Shown one piece after another: positions 1 to 7,717 of a DNA stretch of 25,653 nt (the stretch's first letter is position 1; every line of letters starts with the position of its first letter). The DNA lies in IMG/VR virus record IMGVR_UViG_3300020335_000025, positions 1 through 25,653 of that record; one strand, 5' to 3'. The stretch comes from a virus. Taxonomy: Duplodnaviria > Caudoviricetes. The notes under the pieces were generated by a model, which saw nothing but the letters and a program-made list of their open reading frames with translations, was not told the DNA's origin and did not search any database. The position numbers and the translations under genes were made by a program.

Positions 1-1
1 A

Positions 2-1036
2 GGTTGTCCACATATATTAGCAGAGCCTCAGAGTACAAATCTTTTTATTAATAGCATTTGGGATGGTGGCACTGATAATGTTTCAGCACCTACAAGTTGG
101 TCTTTGAATGATATATCAGACCCTATTTATACTTACTCTACAAGCCAATATACATCAGGAAAAAAAATAAACATTCAAGGAACAGGAAGTAGGTTAATAT
201 TAAGTCAAACAGTAACAATATCAAGTAATTCCTTTGTAAATGCTTCGGTTAAAGTAAAATATATTTCAGGCAGTTTTGCTGTTAGCAGAATTGCCTCTAC
301 TTTATCTCCTCCTGCCGATAGTACAAATACTTATTACTACAATGGGATTCTTGTTTCTTCTAATTTTACACCTACAGAAGATGGTATTTTAGAAATGAGA
401 GTTTCTTCTGTTACAGGGGGTTCTGTTGGTGTTAGATTAGGCTTGGGAACAAGTGGAGCTGCAACAGGACATATAGAATTAGATATGCCACAATGCGAAA
501 CTTTAACTTATCGTACAAGTTTTATTCCAACAACAACATCTACGGTTACAAGAAACCAAGACCAATTCTCAAGAGATGGTATAGGTAGTTTGATTAATAG
601 TACAGAGGGTGTTTTGTTTGCTGAAATTCAAGGATTTGCCAACTATAATTTACAAAGAGTTATGAGCTTAAGTGATGGGAGTAGTAATGTTAATACCGTA
701 CAATTGGGAATTTTAAATAGTACATCAAATTATAAGATATTTGTTTCTGTTAGAGTTGGCTCATCTTTTCAGGCTTTTATGACTTACGATTTAGGAGCTA
801 TAGTGCCTACAATGGTTAAAGTTGCTATAAAATATAAAGAAAATGATTTTGCTTTATGGGTTGATGGAGTGGAGAGAGCAACCGATACAAGTGGATTGAC
901 TTTTAGTGCAGATACTTTAAATGAATTAGCATTTGACAGAGGAGGAGGGGCTCAAAAATTTGAGGGCAAAGTAAAACAACTACAAGTCTACAAGACAGCT
1001 TTAACAGATGCACAATTAACTTCTTTGACTTCATAA
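2..1036 (+). CDS. Tail fibre/receptor-binding protein with C-terminal LamG/concanavalin-A-like domain (5'-truncated)
   Basis: The frame is open from base 2 (GCPHILAEPQSTNLF...), so the TTG at 104 is not the start. 'TSFIPT...VTRN' is followed by a LamG-like C-terminus (LWVDG...FEGKVKQLQVYKTALTDAQL), typical of flavobacterial phage tail proteins. Confidence 0.7.
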   Translation, partial: GCPHILAEPQSTNLFINSIWDGGTDNVSAPTSWSLNDISDPIYTYSTSQYTSGKKINIQGTGSRLILSQTVTISSNSFVNASVKVKYISGSFAVSRIASTLSPPADSTNTYYYNGILVSSNFTPTEDGILEMRVSSVTGGSVGVRLGLGTSGAATGHIELDMPQCETLTYRTSFIPTTTSTVTRNQDQFSRDGIGSLINSTEGVLFAEIQGFANYNLQRVMSLSDGSSNVNTVQLGILNSTSNYKIFVSVRVGSSFQAFMTYDLGAIVPTMVKVAIKYKENDFALWVDGVERATDTSGLTFSADTLNELAFDRGGGAQKFEGKVKQLQVYKTALTDAQLTSLTS

Positions 1037-1037
1037 T

Positions 1038-1385
1038 ATGAATATATACAAATTACAATACACAGACAAAGCAGAAGGAGATTCTGACTTACTTGCTAAA
1101 AGTACTTATGAAATAATAGAAGGTGAACAAGTATATACAAACGGAACTCAGGCTATAGTGTTTTTAAATAAGATAGTAGAGATACCAGGAACTTACGACC
1201 CTGATGGAAAAGAGATAACTCCACCTGTATATTACACAGGAGTATTTTATGACCTAATGACTACTGAAGAATTTGACTTTGGAATAAATGAGATATTCCC
1301 TGTAGATTGTGTACATTCGTTCTTGGGTTATGAAAAGAACGCAGAAGGTACAGATGTAAACCCTGATGAATTAATAATAGAATAA
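1038..1385 (+). CDS. Hypothetical acidic protein, possible tail-fibre-associated chaperone
   Basis: 115-aa ORF starting 1 nt after the LamG gene; motif PGTYDPDGKEITPPVY; function inferred from position only. Confidence 0.5.
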   Translation: MNIYKLQYTDKAEGDSDLLAKSTYEIIEGEQVYTNGTQAIVFLNKIVEIPGTYDPDGKEITPPVYYTGVFYDLMTTEEFDFGINEIFPVDCVHSFLGYEKNAEGTDVNPDELIIE

Positions 1386-1386
1386 A

Positions 1387-3384
1387 ATGGATAAGATAAT
1401 TTCAGTAGATTTAAGCACTTCAACAGCTCCTCTAGTACAAGAGGTTAGAGGAAAGGATTACATTGAGTACGGAGACGCTAATGGCGAATGGAGAAACCTT
1501 TACCCACAGTTCTTAATTGACCTTTACTACTCAAGTTCAATAACAGCTGCAATTGTAAATGCTACTGCTGAAATGATAGCAGGAGAAGACATAGTTATTT
1601 CTGATGAAGATGATAGAGATGTAGAAGCAAGGATTAAGCTACAGAACTTTATGAATAACGCTAACTCAAATGAAACACTACACGAAGTCTTAAAAAAGGT
1701 AGCATTTGACTTTAAGCTACAAGGAGCATTTGCACTTAATATAGTTTGGTCAAAAGATAGAACACAGATAGCTGAAATCTATCATATACCTGTAGAAAAG
1801 ATTAGATGTGAGCGTCCTGACGAATTTGGCAAGACTAGAGCATTTTATGTATCAGGAGATTGGGCAAATACAAGAACTAACAAGCCTTATAGAGTTCCTG
1901 CTTTTAATGTAAACGATAGAACTTCTCCAAATCAAATTCTTTACACAGGTCTTTATAGTCCTAATATGAATAGCTATTATACAGCCGATTACATTTCTTG
2001 TAATAATTGGAGTTTAATAGATTCTAAAGTTTCTGAGTTTCATCTTAATAATATATCTAACGGATTTACAGGCTCGTTTATGATTTCCTTTGCTAACGGA
2101 ATACCGACTGCTGAAGAAAGAAATCAGATAGAAAGAAGCTTAGAATCTAAATTTACATCAGAAAAGAATGCAGGAAAATTTGTCTTAACGTTCAGCGACG
2201 ACAAGACTAGAGTTCCTGAAATAACTTCAATTAGTCCATCAGATTTAGACAAACAATATTTAGCACTTCAAGATTTACTTACTCAAAATATTTTAAGCGG
2301 TCATAGAATTACGAGCAAAACATTAATGGGCTTAGATAGTGCTAACGGATTCTCTAGTTCGGCTGACGAATTATTAAACGCTTCTAATTTTTACTTAAAT
2401 ACTGTTGTAATGCCATTCCAAGGGCAAATCTTAAAAGTATTACACAAGATATTCCAAGTTAATAATATGGATATGCCTGTTCAGTTTGTACAGCTTAAAC
2501 CAATTACTATTCAATTTGACTCTAAGACTATTAGAGAAGTAATGACGCAAGATGAAATAAGAGAAGAAATAGGATTACCACCTTTAAATGAAGAAGAATC
2601 TGTTGAAATAAAAGAGGAGTTTGCAAAAGTAGGAATGATAGACGGAAAGCCTGTTTATGACACCATAGAAGAAGCCTTAGCGAGTGCAAAGACTTTAGGG
2701 TGTGAAGGCTACCACGAACACGAATTAGAAGGTAAGACAGTCTATATGGCTTGTGAAGGTCATAAAGAAGCTACAGAACTTTCTAAGTTTATAGAGGAGT
2801 TTGGTGAAGATATGCCTGAAGAATGGGAACTAATAGAAGAAGAAGTAGTAGACGGAGAGCATCAAGACTTTAATTTTGAGCAGGTATTAAATGAAGTAGC
2901 TAATGAAAAATTAGAGTTAGCTTCAACAGGTACAGCTAGACCTAATGCTAGAAGTTCACAAGATGGAACAAATAAGTCAGATAATGAATTTTACAAAGTT
3001 AGATATGTTTATACTCAAGATAACTTTTTAAGTCAAACAGGAGGAACAAGAGATTTTTGCAAATTAATGGAATCCTCTAAAAAGATATACCGAAAGGAAG
3101 ATATTATACAAATGGGAAGTAGAGCAGTCAATCCAGGTTGGGGTCCTAGAGGTGCAAATACTTATAGTATATGGCTTTACAAAGGAGGTGGTAACTGTCA
3201 TCATTTTTGGCTAAGACAAATATACAAGACTTCTTTAAGAGGTGCTAAAAGTAATATATCTTCTAAACAACTAATAGGATATACAAAAGCTAAGTCAGAA
3301 GGTTTTACAGCTGAAAAGAATGATAACTTAGTAGCAAGACCACCAAAGAGAATGAAAAATAACGGATTTTTAGAACCAAGATAA
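1387..3384 (+). CDS. Portal protein with C-terminal Cys/His motif and MuF-like head-morphogenesis extension
   Basis: N-terminal ~400 aa are portal-like (YG..NLYPQFLIDLY..S; D..LQG.FAL; NAGKF; ILSGHRIT...LMG). Then AKTLGCEGYHEH...YMAC and RYVY...RDFC...YKGGGNCHHFW. Confidence 0.8.
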   Translation: MDKIISVDLSTSTAPLVQEVRGKDYIEYGDANGEWRNLYPQFLIDLYYSSSITAAIVNATAEMIAGEDIVISDEDDRDVEARIKLQNFMNNANSNETLHEVLKKVAFDFKLQGAFALNIVWSKDRTQIAEIYHIPVEKIRCERPDEFGKTRAFYVSGDWANTRTNKPYRVPAFNVNDRTSPNQILYTGLYSPNMNSYYTADYISCNNWSLIDSKVSEFHLNNISNGFTGSFMISFANGIPTAEERNQIERSLESKFTSEKNAGKFVLTFSDDKTRVPEITSISPSDLDKQYLALQDLLTQNILSGHRITSKTLMGLDSANGFSSSADELLNASNFYLNTVVMPFQGQILKVLHKIFQVNNMDMPVQFVQLKPITIQFDSKTIREVMTQDEIREEIGLPPLNEEESVEIKEEFAKVGMIDGKPVYDTIEEALASAKTLGCEGYHEHELEGKTVYMACEGHKEATELSKFIEEFGEDMPEEWELIEEEVVDGEHQDFNFEQVLNEVANEKLELASTGTARPNARSSQDGTNKSDNEFYKVRYVYTQDNFLSQTGGTRDFCKLMESSKKIYRKEDIIQMGSRAVNPGWGPRGANTYSIWLYKGGGNCHHFWLRQIYKTSLRGAKSNISSKQLIGYTKAKSEGFTAEKNDNLVARPPKRMKNNGFLEPR

Positions 3385-3386
3385 CT

Positions 3387-3965
3387 ATGAGCTACGTACT
3401 ATTTATATCAGAAGCTAAATTAAAAGACTCTACAGCAATTAATCTTAATGTAGATGTTGACATATTACTTCCATTTGTAAGAGAAGCACAGAAAATATAT
3501 GTTGAGACAGCGTTAGGTACTGACCTTAACAATAAACTAAAAGACTTGATAACAGCAGGAACTGTAAACCTTCCTGTAAATGCAGCTTATAAGACATTAC
3601 TAGATGATTATATTGGAGATATGCTTCCCTCGTATAGTCTTTACCACTGTTTCAATTACCTAAGGCATAAGGTGGAAAATGGTAATATTTTTTCCAAAAC
3701 CTCTGAGACTGGTAATGCTTTAACTACCGAAGAAGCACAGAGTTTTAGGGAAGAAATTTTAAACACTGGTTCTTATTATCGTGAAAGATTAATTTCTTAT
3801 TTATGTAATAACAACTCACTTTTTCCTGAATATAATACAAACACAGGTGCAGACGTTAAAGCTTCAAGAGAAAATTATTACAATAATATGAATCTTGAAC
3901 GACCACAAAATCAAGGAACTAGACTTACTTTACAGAATTTTTTAAGCTCATCAGATTACTCATAA
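3387..3965 (+). CDS. Putative head-tail adaptor/head completion protein (DUF6712-like)
   Basis: Follows the portal; pattern LFISE..LK...I..NVD...L.P....AQ......LGT.L seen in Bacteroidota phage adaptors. Confidence 0.6.
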   Translation: MSYVLFISEAKLKDSTAINLNVDVDILLPFVREAQKIYVETALGTDLNNKLKDLITAGTVNLPVNAAYKTLLDDYIGDMLPSYSLYHCFNYLRHKVENGNIFSKTSETGNALTTEEAQSFREEILNTGSYYRERLISYLCNNNSLFPEYNTNTGADVKASRENYYNNMNLERPQNQGTRLTLQNFLSSSDYS

Positions 3966-4081
3966 TGAAGAAACACTACAAGCCGAAACAAATTAATATA
4001 ACAAAGCTTAAATCCTACTTGGATAAAAAGCCTAATAATAAAACAAATGCAAGACAGCCTTCAAGTAGGAATAGCAAATAG
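3965..4081 (+). CDS. Small basic hypothetical protein (38 aa, MKKHYKPKQINITKLKSYLDKK...)
   Basis: ATG overlaps the previous stop (TAATG); TAG at 4079-4081; below the ORF-track cutoff. Confidence 0.45.
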   Translation: MKKHYKPKQINITKLKSYLDKKPNNKTNARQPSSRNSK

Positions 4082-4202
4082 TACAGCAATAGGATTAAGT
4101 CTAGGACAAGCAAATGAACTCTTAACTTTTTGTTCCTTAATATTAGCCATTACTTTCACAATATATAAATTTGTTAAATTTGACAAAAAAAAAACTGATT
4201 AA
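4047..4202 (+). CDS. Small membrane protein, holin/antiholin-like (51 aa, MQDSLQVGIANSTAIGLSLGQANELLTFCSLILAITFTIYKFVKFDKKKTD)
   Basis: Manual translation; hydrophobic segment followed by a basic tail; immediately upstream of the endolysin-like gene. Confidence 0.6.
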   Translation: MQDSLQVGIANSTAIGLSLGQANELLTFCSLILAITFTIYKFVKFDKKKTD

Positions 4203-4599
4203 CTTATTACTCATAAGAGATACATTCTCTGATAAATCCACTATAGGAGAACTTTTCCTAAATGGAGAAAGAATGTGTGATACACTAGAAAATCCTTGGT
4301 TAAATAATCAAAAGAATATAAGTTGTATTCCTGAAGGCGAATATAAAGTAAGACTAAGACTTCCAAGAGAATCAGCTACTAGACATTACATACATCTATT
4401 AGTTAAAAACGTACCTAATAGAGATTACATACTATTTCATATAGGCAATACAGCTAAAGATACTAGAGGTTGTATATTGGTTGGATTAAGCTCTGAACAG
4501 GACGTTGTTCATAACTCTACGTTAGCTATGGACTTATTAATCAAAGAATTAATACATTTGGGAGCAGTAAATATAAATTTAATAATTAAAAATAGATAA
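4195..4599 (+). CDS. DUF5675-family protein, putative endolysin (L,D-transpeptidase-like); probable CTG start (TTG 4171/4180 are alternatives)
   Basis: Motifs STIGEL, CDTLE, SCIPEGEY, VPNR..IL.HIGN...DT.GCILVG. No ATG upstream of the domain start; flanked by two membrane-protein genes. Confidence 0.7.
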   Translation: MINLLLIRDTFSDKSTIGELFLNGERMCDTLENPWLNNQKNISCIPEGEYKVRLRLPRESATRHYIHLLVKNVPNRDYILFHIGNTAKDTRGCILVGLSSEQDVVHNSTLAMDLLIKELIHLGAVNINLIIKNR

Positions 4600-4600
4600 A

Positions 4601-4795
4601 ATGAAAAAGTGGATTTTAGTACAAACATTTAAAAAAATGATTTCTAGTCGTAAATTTGTATACACTTGCATAGGAGTTCTTACAACTTTACTTAGTGAAA
4701 AATTAGGTTTAAATCCTGAAGAAGTTAAGAATATTCTTATCAGTATTGCAACTTTGGTATTAGGACAGGGAATAGCTGACGTTGCTAAGAAATAA
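4601..4795 (+). CDS. Putative holin (two hydrophobic segments)
   Basis: SRKF motif, two hydrophobic helices, ends GQGIAD..KK; lies in the lysis cassette. Confidence 0.65.
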   Translation: MKKWILVQTFKKMISSRKFVYTCIGVLTTLLSEKLGLNPEEVKNILISIATLVLGQGIADVAKK

Positions 4796-5504
4796 CAGAT
4801 ACAGATTAAAGCCACACGAAATAGTGGCATTAGAAAAAATGAGGGAAACCGAAGCTAGAAATGTTCTAGTTATCGGCGACCTTCACGAACCATTTTGTCT
4901 TGACAGCTATCTTGATTGGTGTATTGAGCAATATGATACCTTTAATTGCACAGAAGTAGTCTTTATAGGCGATGTAATAGACAATCATTATAGTTCATAC
5001 CACGAAACCTCTGCTGATGGTATGGGTGGTTTAGAGGAGCTAGAATTAGCTATTAAGCGTATTGCTCGTTGGCGAGATGCTTTTCCTGTTGCTACTGTAC
5101 TTATAGGTAATCACGACAGACTTATAATGCGTAAGGCACAGACTTCTGCAATACCTTCTAAATGGATTAAGTCTTATAAGGAAGTATTAGAAACTCCTGA
5201 TTGGAATTTTGTAGAACGTTATGTATTAGACAATGTTCAATATTTACACGGAGAAGGGGGTACTGCATCCACTAAGTGTAGAGCAGATATGATGAATACA
5301 GTACAAGGACATTTACATACTCAATGTTATGTTCAAAATTTCGTAGGACAAAAATTTAGAATATTTGGCGTTCAGGTTGGATGTGGAATAAACCACGAAA
5401 GTTATGCTATGGCTTACGCTAAGTATGGTAAAAAACCAGCTGTAGGTTGCGTTGTTGTACTTAACAATGGCAAAACTCCTATAAATTTATTAATGCCTTT
5501 ATAA
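4782..5504 (+). CDS. Calcineurin-like metallophosphoesterase
   Basis: All five metal-binding motifs: GDLH, GDVID, GNHD, LHG, GHLH; TTG start. Confidence 0.85.
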   Translation: MLRNNRYRLKPHEIVALEKMRETEARNVLVIGDLHEPFCLDSYLDWCIEQYDTFNCTEVVFIGDVIDNHYSSYHETSADGMGGLEELELAIKRIARWRDAFPVATVLIGNHDRLIMRKAQTSAIPSKWIKSYKEVLETPDWNFVERYVLDNVQYLHGEGGTASTKCRADMMNTVQGHLHTQCYVQNFVGQKFRIFGVQVGCGINHESYAMAYAKYGKKPAVGCVVVLNNGKTPINLLMPL

Positions 5505-5581
5505 TGAAATTAAAGGATTCTACAAAACTTTCTATATTTTATATTCTATTAATTATAATAGTTTTACTCTTTAGTTTATAG
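5504..5581 (+). CDS. 25-aa hydrophobic peptide (MKLKDSTKLSIFYILLIIIVLLFSL)
   Basis: TAATG coupling to the phosphoesterase; one TM-like stretch; TAG at 5579-5581. Confidence 0.4.
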   Translation: MKLKDSTKLSIFYILLIIIVLLFSL

Positions 5582-5660
5582 CACCCCCCTTTAGTCGTTT
5601 TAGGCACTTTCTTTTCTTTTTAATACTAGTACACTAGACAAGCTATAAAGTTTGTCATAG

Positions 5661-5709
5661 ATGTAAACACCATAATTGTTAATAACTTTGTTTATCATTA
5701 TGTTTATAT
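5661..5709. repeat. DnaA-box-like repeats: TGTTAATAA (5677), TGTTTATCA (5689), TGTTTATAT (5701) at a 12-bp period, plus an inverted copy at 5661-5669
   Basis: Read directly; resemble TGTGGATAA, the reverse complement of the DnaA box; followed by an A/T-only tract. Confidence 0.5.
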
Positions 5710-5722
5710 AATTATATTTTTT

Positions 5723-5730
5723 TATCTTTG
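5723..5730 (+). promoter_or_regulatory. Bacteroidota housekeeping-sigma -7 element (TATCTTTG); probable early promoter
   Basis: Matches TAnnTTTG, 25 nt upstream of ATG 5756 at the head of the early module. A second match, TAACTTTG, is at 5683-5690. No well-spaced -33 TTTG. Confidence 0.65.
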
Positions 5731-5755
5731 CTTCATAATTAATCAAATAAATATT

Positions 5756-5863
5756 ATGAAAAATTTACTCTCAACACTTTTAGGAATAGCAGGACTTTTT
5801 GGCTGCTTATATATACTACTTGCGTCTATTACGCTTTTAGAACTTTTTTTAGGATTAAGATAA
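5756..5863 (+). CDS. 35-aa membrane protein (MKNLLSTLLGIAGLFGCLYILLASITLLELFLGLR), first early gene
   Basis: A-rich leader; stop overlaps the next ATG (TAATG); almost entirely hydrophobic. Confidence 0.6.
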   Translation: MKNLLSTLLGIAGLFGCLYILLASITLLELFLGLR

Positions 5864-6072
5864 TGGAATTTAAAATGAAAGATGCAACATCAAAACCTGA
5901 AGCTATTATAAGTCTTTTAGATGTACAATTAAATAAACCTGTACTTTTACCTAATAATACTGTTTTAACTGAGTACGGACTTAATAGATTATCATTCCAA
6001 GTAGTTAGAGATTTGTATATTAAAGTAAAGTCAGCTTATTACAATTCACAAGATAACTCTAAAATATTTTAA
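5863..6072 (+). CDS. Hypothetical protein
   Basis: ORF track; coupled to both neighbours. Confidence 0.6.
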   Translation: MEFKMKDATSKPEAIISLLDVQLNKPVLLPNNTVLTEYGLNRLSFQVVRDLYIKVKSAYYNSQDNSKIF

Positions 6073-6073
6073 G

Positions 6074-6451
6074 ATGACTATACTAGATGCAGAATATTTA
6101 GAACACACTACTTTTATAGATTATAATAAAGCTTTTTACTCAAATTTTATGGGCTATCAATTAGATAATAAAAAAGTAAAAGCTGAAGAGTGGTATTTAA
6201 AACCTCAATACTTAGCTACAGGAATTAATACTTTTGATAGAATGTCAGGTCAATTTAGTAATGACTTAAGTTATAATAATCGTTCAGTAATTATAATAGG
6301 AACTGAACTACAAATACATAGAAAGTTTGAAGAAATGCTCAAGACTTATGGTTGGCAGCTTAAAGAATCTTGGAATAAAGAATTAAAACCTGAATATTTA
6401 GAATACTATAATGAAAATAATAATACACCAACAATAATAAATTTAAGATAA
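6074..6451 (+). CDS. Hypothetical protein
   Basis: ORF track; coupled to the next gene by TAATG. Confidence 0.65.
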   Translation: MTILDAEYLEHTTFIDYNKAFYSNFMGYQLDNKKVKAEEWYLKPQYLATGINTFDRMSGQFSNDLSYNNRSVIIIGTELQIHRKFEEMLKTYGWQLKESWNKELKPEYLEYYNENNNTPTIINLR

Positions 6452-6840
6452 TGAATACAGAAAAAATTAAGGAAATGTTTTACAAGTACAAGCTTGTTAA
6501 AGACACAGATGTTTTTAAACATCAACACTTTGTTATACTAACAAGGTCAGGAATTGAGAAAGTTCAAGCACAAGAAGAAATAGAAGTAAAATTTGAAGTA
6601 GTTAAATGTGAAACTAATTTTGCAGGAGTTAAGGCTATAGCAACTAAAGGAGATAAGACTATAGAAACATACGGGTCAGCACTAAAAGGAGAGGGTTTTA
6701 AGGACGGAAATTGTAATACTTGGTATGTATTAGAAATGGCTGAGAAAAGAGCATTAGCAAGAAGTATTTTAAAATTGCTAAATTTGTACGAAATAAATGT
6801 CAAGTCTGAAGATGAAGCAGAAAGTTTTAAGAAACAATAA
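6451..6840 (+). CDS. Putative single-strand annealing/recombination protein
   Basis: C-terminal EMAEKRALARSIL resembles the MAE.RA..RA helix of Rad52/Sak-like annealases; directly upstream of an SSB-like gene. Confidence 0.4.
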   Translation: MNTEKIKEMFYKYKLVKDTDVFKHQHFVILTRSGIEKVQAQEEIEVKFEVVKCETNFAGVKAIATKGDKTIETYGSALKGEGFKDGNCNTWYVLEMAEKRALARSILKLLNLYEINVKSEDEAESFKKQ

Positions 6841-6879
6841 TTTAATTAATAAAGACCTGCACAAACAGGCACAATAAAA

Positions 6880-7200
6880 ATGGAAGTAAAAGGAAAAGTA
6901 GTTAAGAAGTTACCAATAGAATCAGGAATTTCTAAGTCAGAAAAAGAATGGAAAAAGCAAGTCATTGTAATAGATACAGGAGCAGATTATAATCCTGAAA
7001 TAGCAATACAAGCTTTTGGAGATGATAAGATAAAAGACCTTAATACTTTAGATGTAGGAGACCAGGTGGTAATTAAGTGCAATGTTTCATCAAGAGAATA
7101 TAACGGAAGGTACTTTCACAACATTGACGGGTATTGGTTTACAAAAAATACAAGAGAAGAAGGTGTTGTAGTTCCTGAATCTGACGATTTACCTTTTTAA
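6880..7200 (+). CDS. DUF3127 family OB-fold protein (SSB-like)
   Basis: MEVKGK...G.S....W.KQ..VI...SREYNGRYF and an acidic DDLPF C-terminus typical of SSBs. Confidence 0.85.
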   Translation: MEVKGKVVKKLPIESGISKSEKEWKKQVIVIDTGADYNPEIAIQAFGDDKIKDLNTLDVGDQVVIKCNVSSREYNGRYFHNIDGYWFTKNTREEGVVVPESDDLPF

Positions 7201-7201
7201 T

Positions 7202-7717
7202 ATGAATCAGGAATCAGACTTTAAAAACTTATGCAACCTAACGACAAATGTCTTAGGATTGCGTAAGGGTTCACTTGCTTATAAAAGTAGAAAGCAAGAA
7301 CTACAAGTAGCTAGAATGATAGCTAGTGTTATTGCAAGAAGCGAATACGACACTAATCGTTCAGTAATTGCAAAAGTTATTAATAGAAACAGAACTTTAA
7401 TATATCATTATGAAAAGAAACATAGCATAAACTATGCATCATTTCCTAAATACAGAGATATTTTTAATAAGGTACATAATTCTTTTACAACAATAGAAGA
7501 TTCTAAAAAGGTTTTTACTTCTATATTTAAACTTAGAGAACACTTAAGAATAAATGATGTTATAGAAAGTAATAAGCATCAGGTAATTGTAAGACTTGTT
7601 AGTGGTAAAATAGGTCTTGATGTTAAACTTTCTTATAGAGATTTTAGTAAGCAATTAGAACTTATAAAAGAAGCTTTAAATGGTTATAAATACGATGCAC
7701 AAATTATAACTATATGA
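7202..7717 (+). CDS. Protein with DnaA C-terminal (domain IV)-like HTH
   Basis: KSRKQELQVARMIA...IAKVINRNRTLIYH matches the DnaA_C pattern (R....V.AR.IA...IG..F.RDH.TV.H); no AAA+ domain. Confidence 0.6.
   Translation: MNQESDFKNLCNLTTNVLGLRKGSLAYKSRKQELQVARMIASVIARSEYDTNRSVIAKVINRNRTLIYHYEKKHSINYASFPKYRDIFNKVHNSFTTIEDSKKVFTSIFKLREHLRINDVIESNKHQVIVRLVSGKIGLDVKLSYRDFSKQLELIKEALNGYKYDAQIITI

Noticed and set aside
5582-5621. Possible intrinsic terminator before the T-rich tract ending the late run
   Set aside because: The position fits but no convincing stem precedes the T-tract.
6277-7369. Exact 16-bp repeat TAATCGTTCAGTAATT at 6277 and 7354
   Set aside because: Both copies are inside CDSs encoding NRSVI; roughly one such match is expected by chance in 25 kb of AT-rich DNA.
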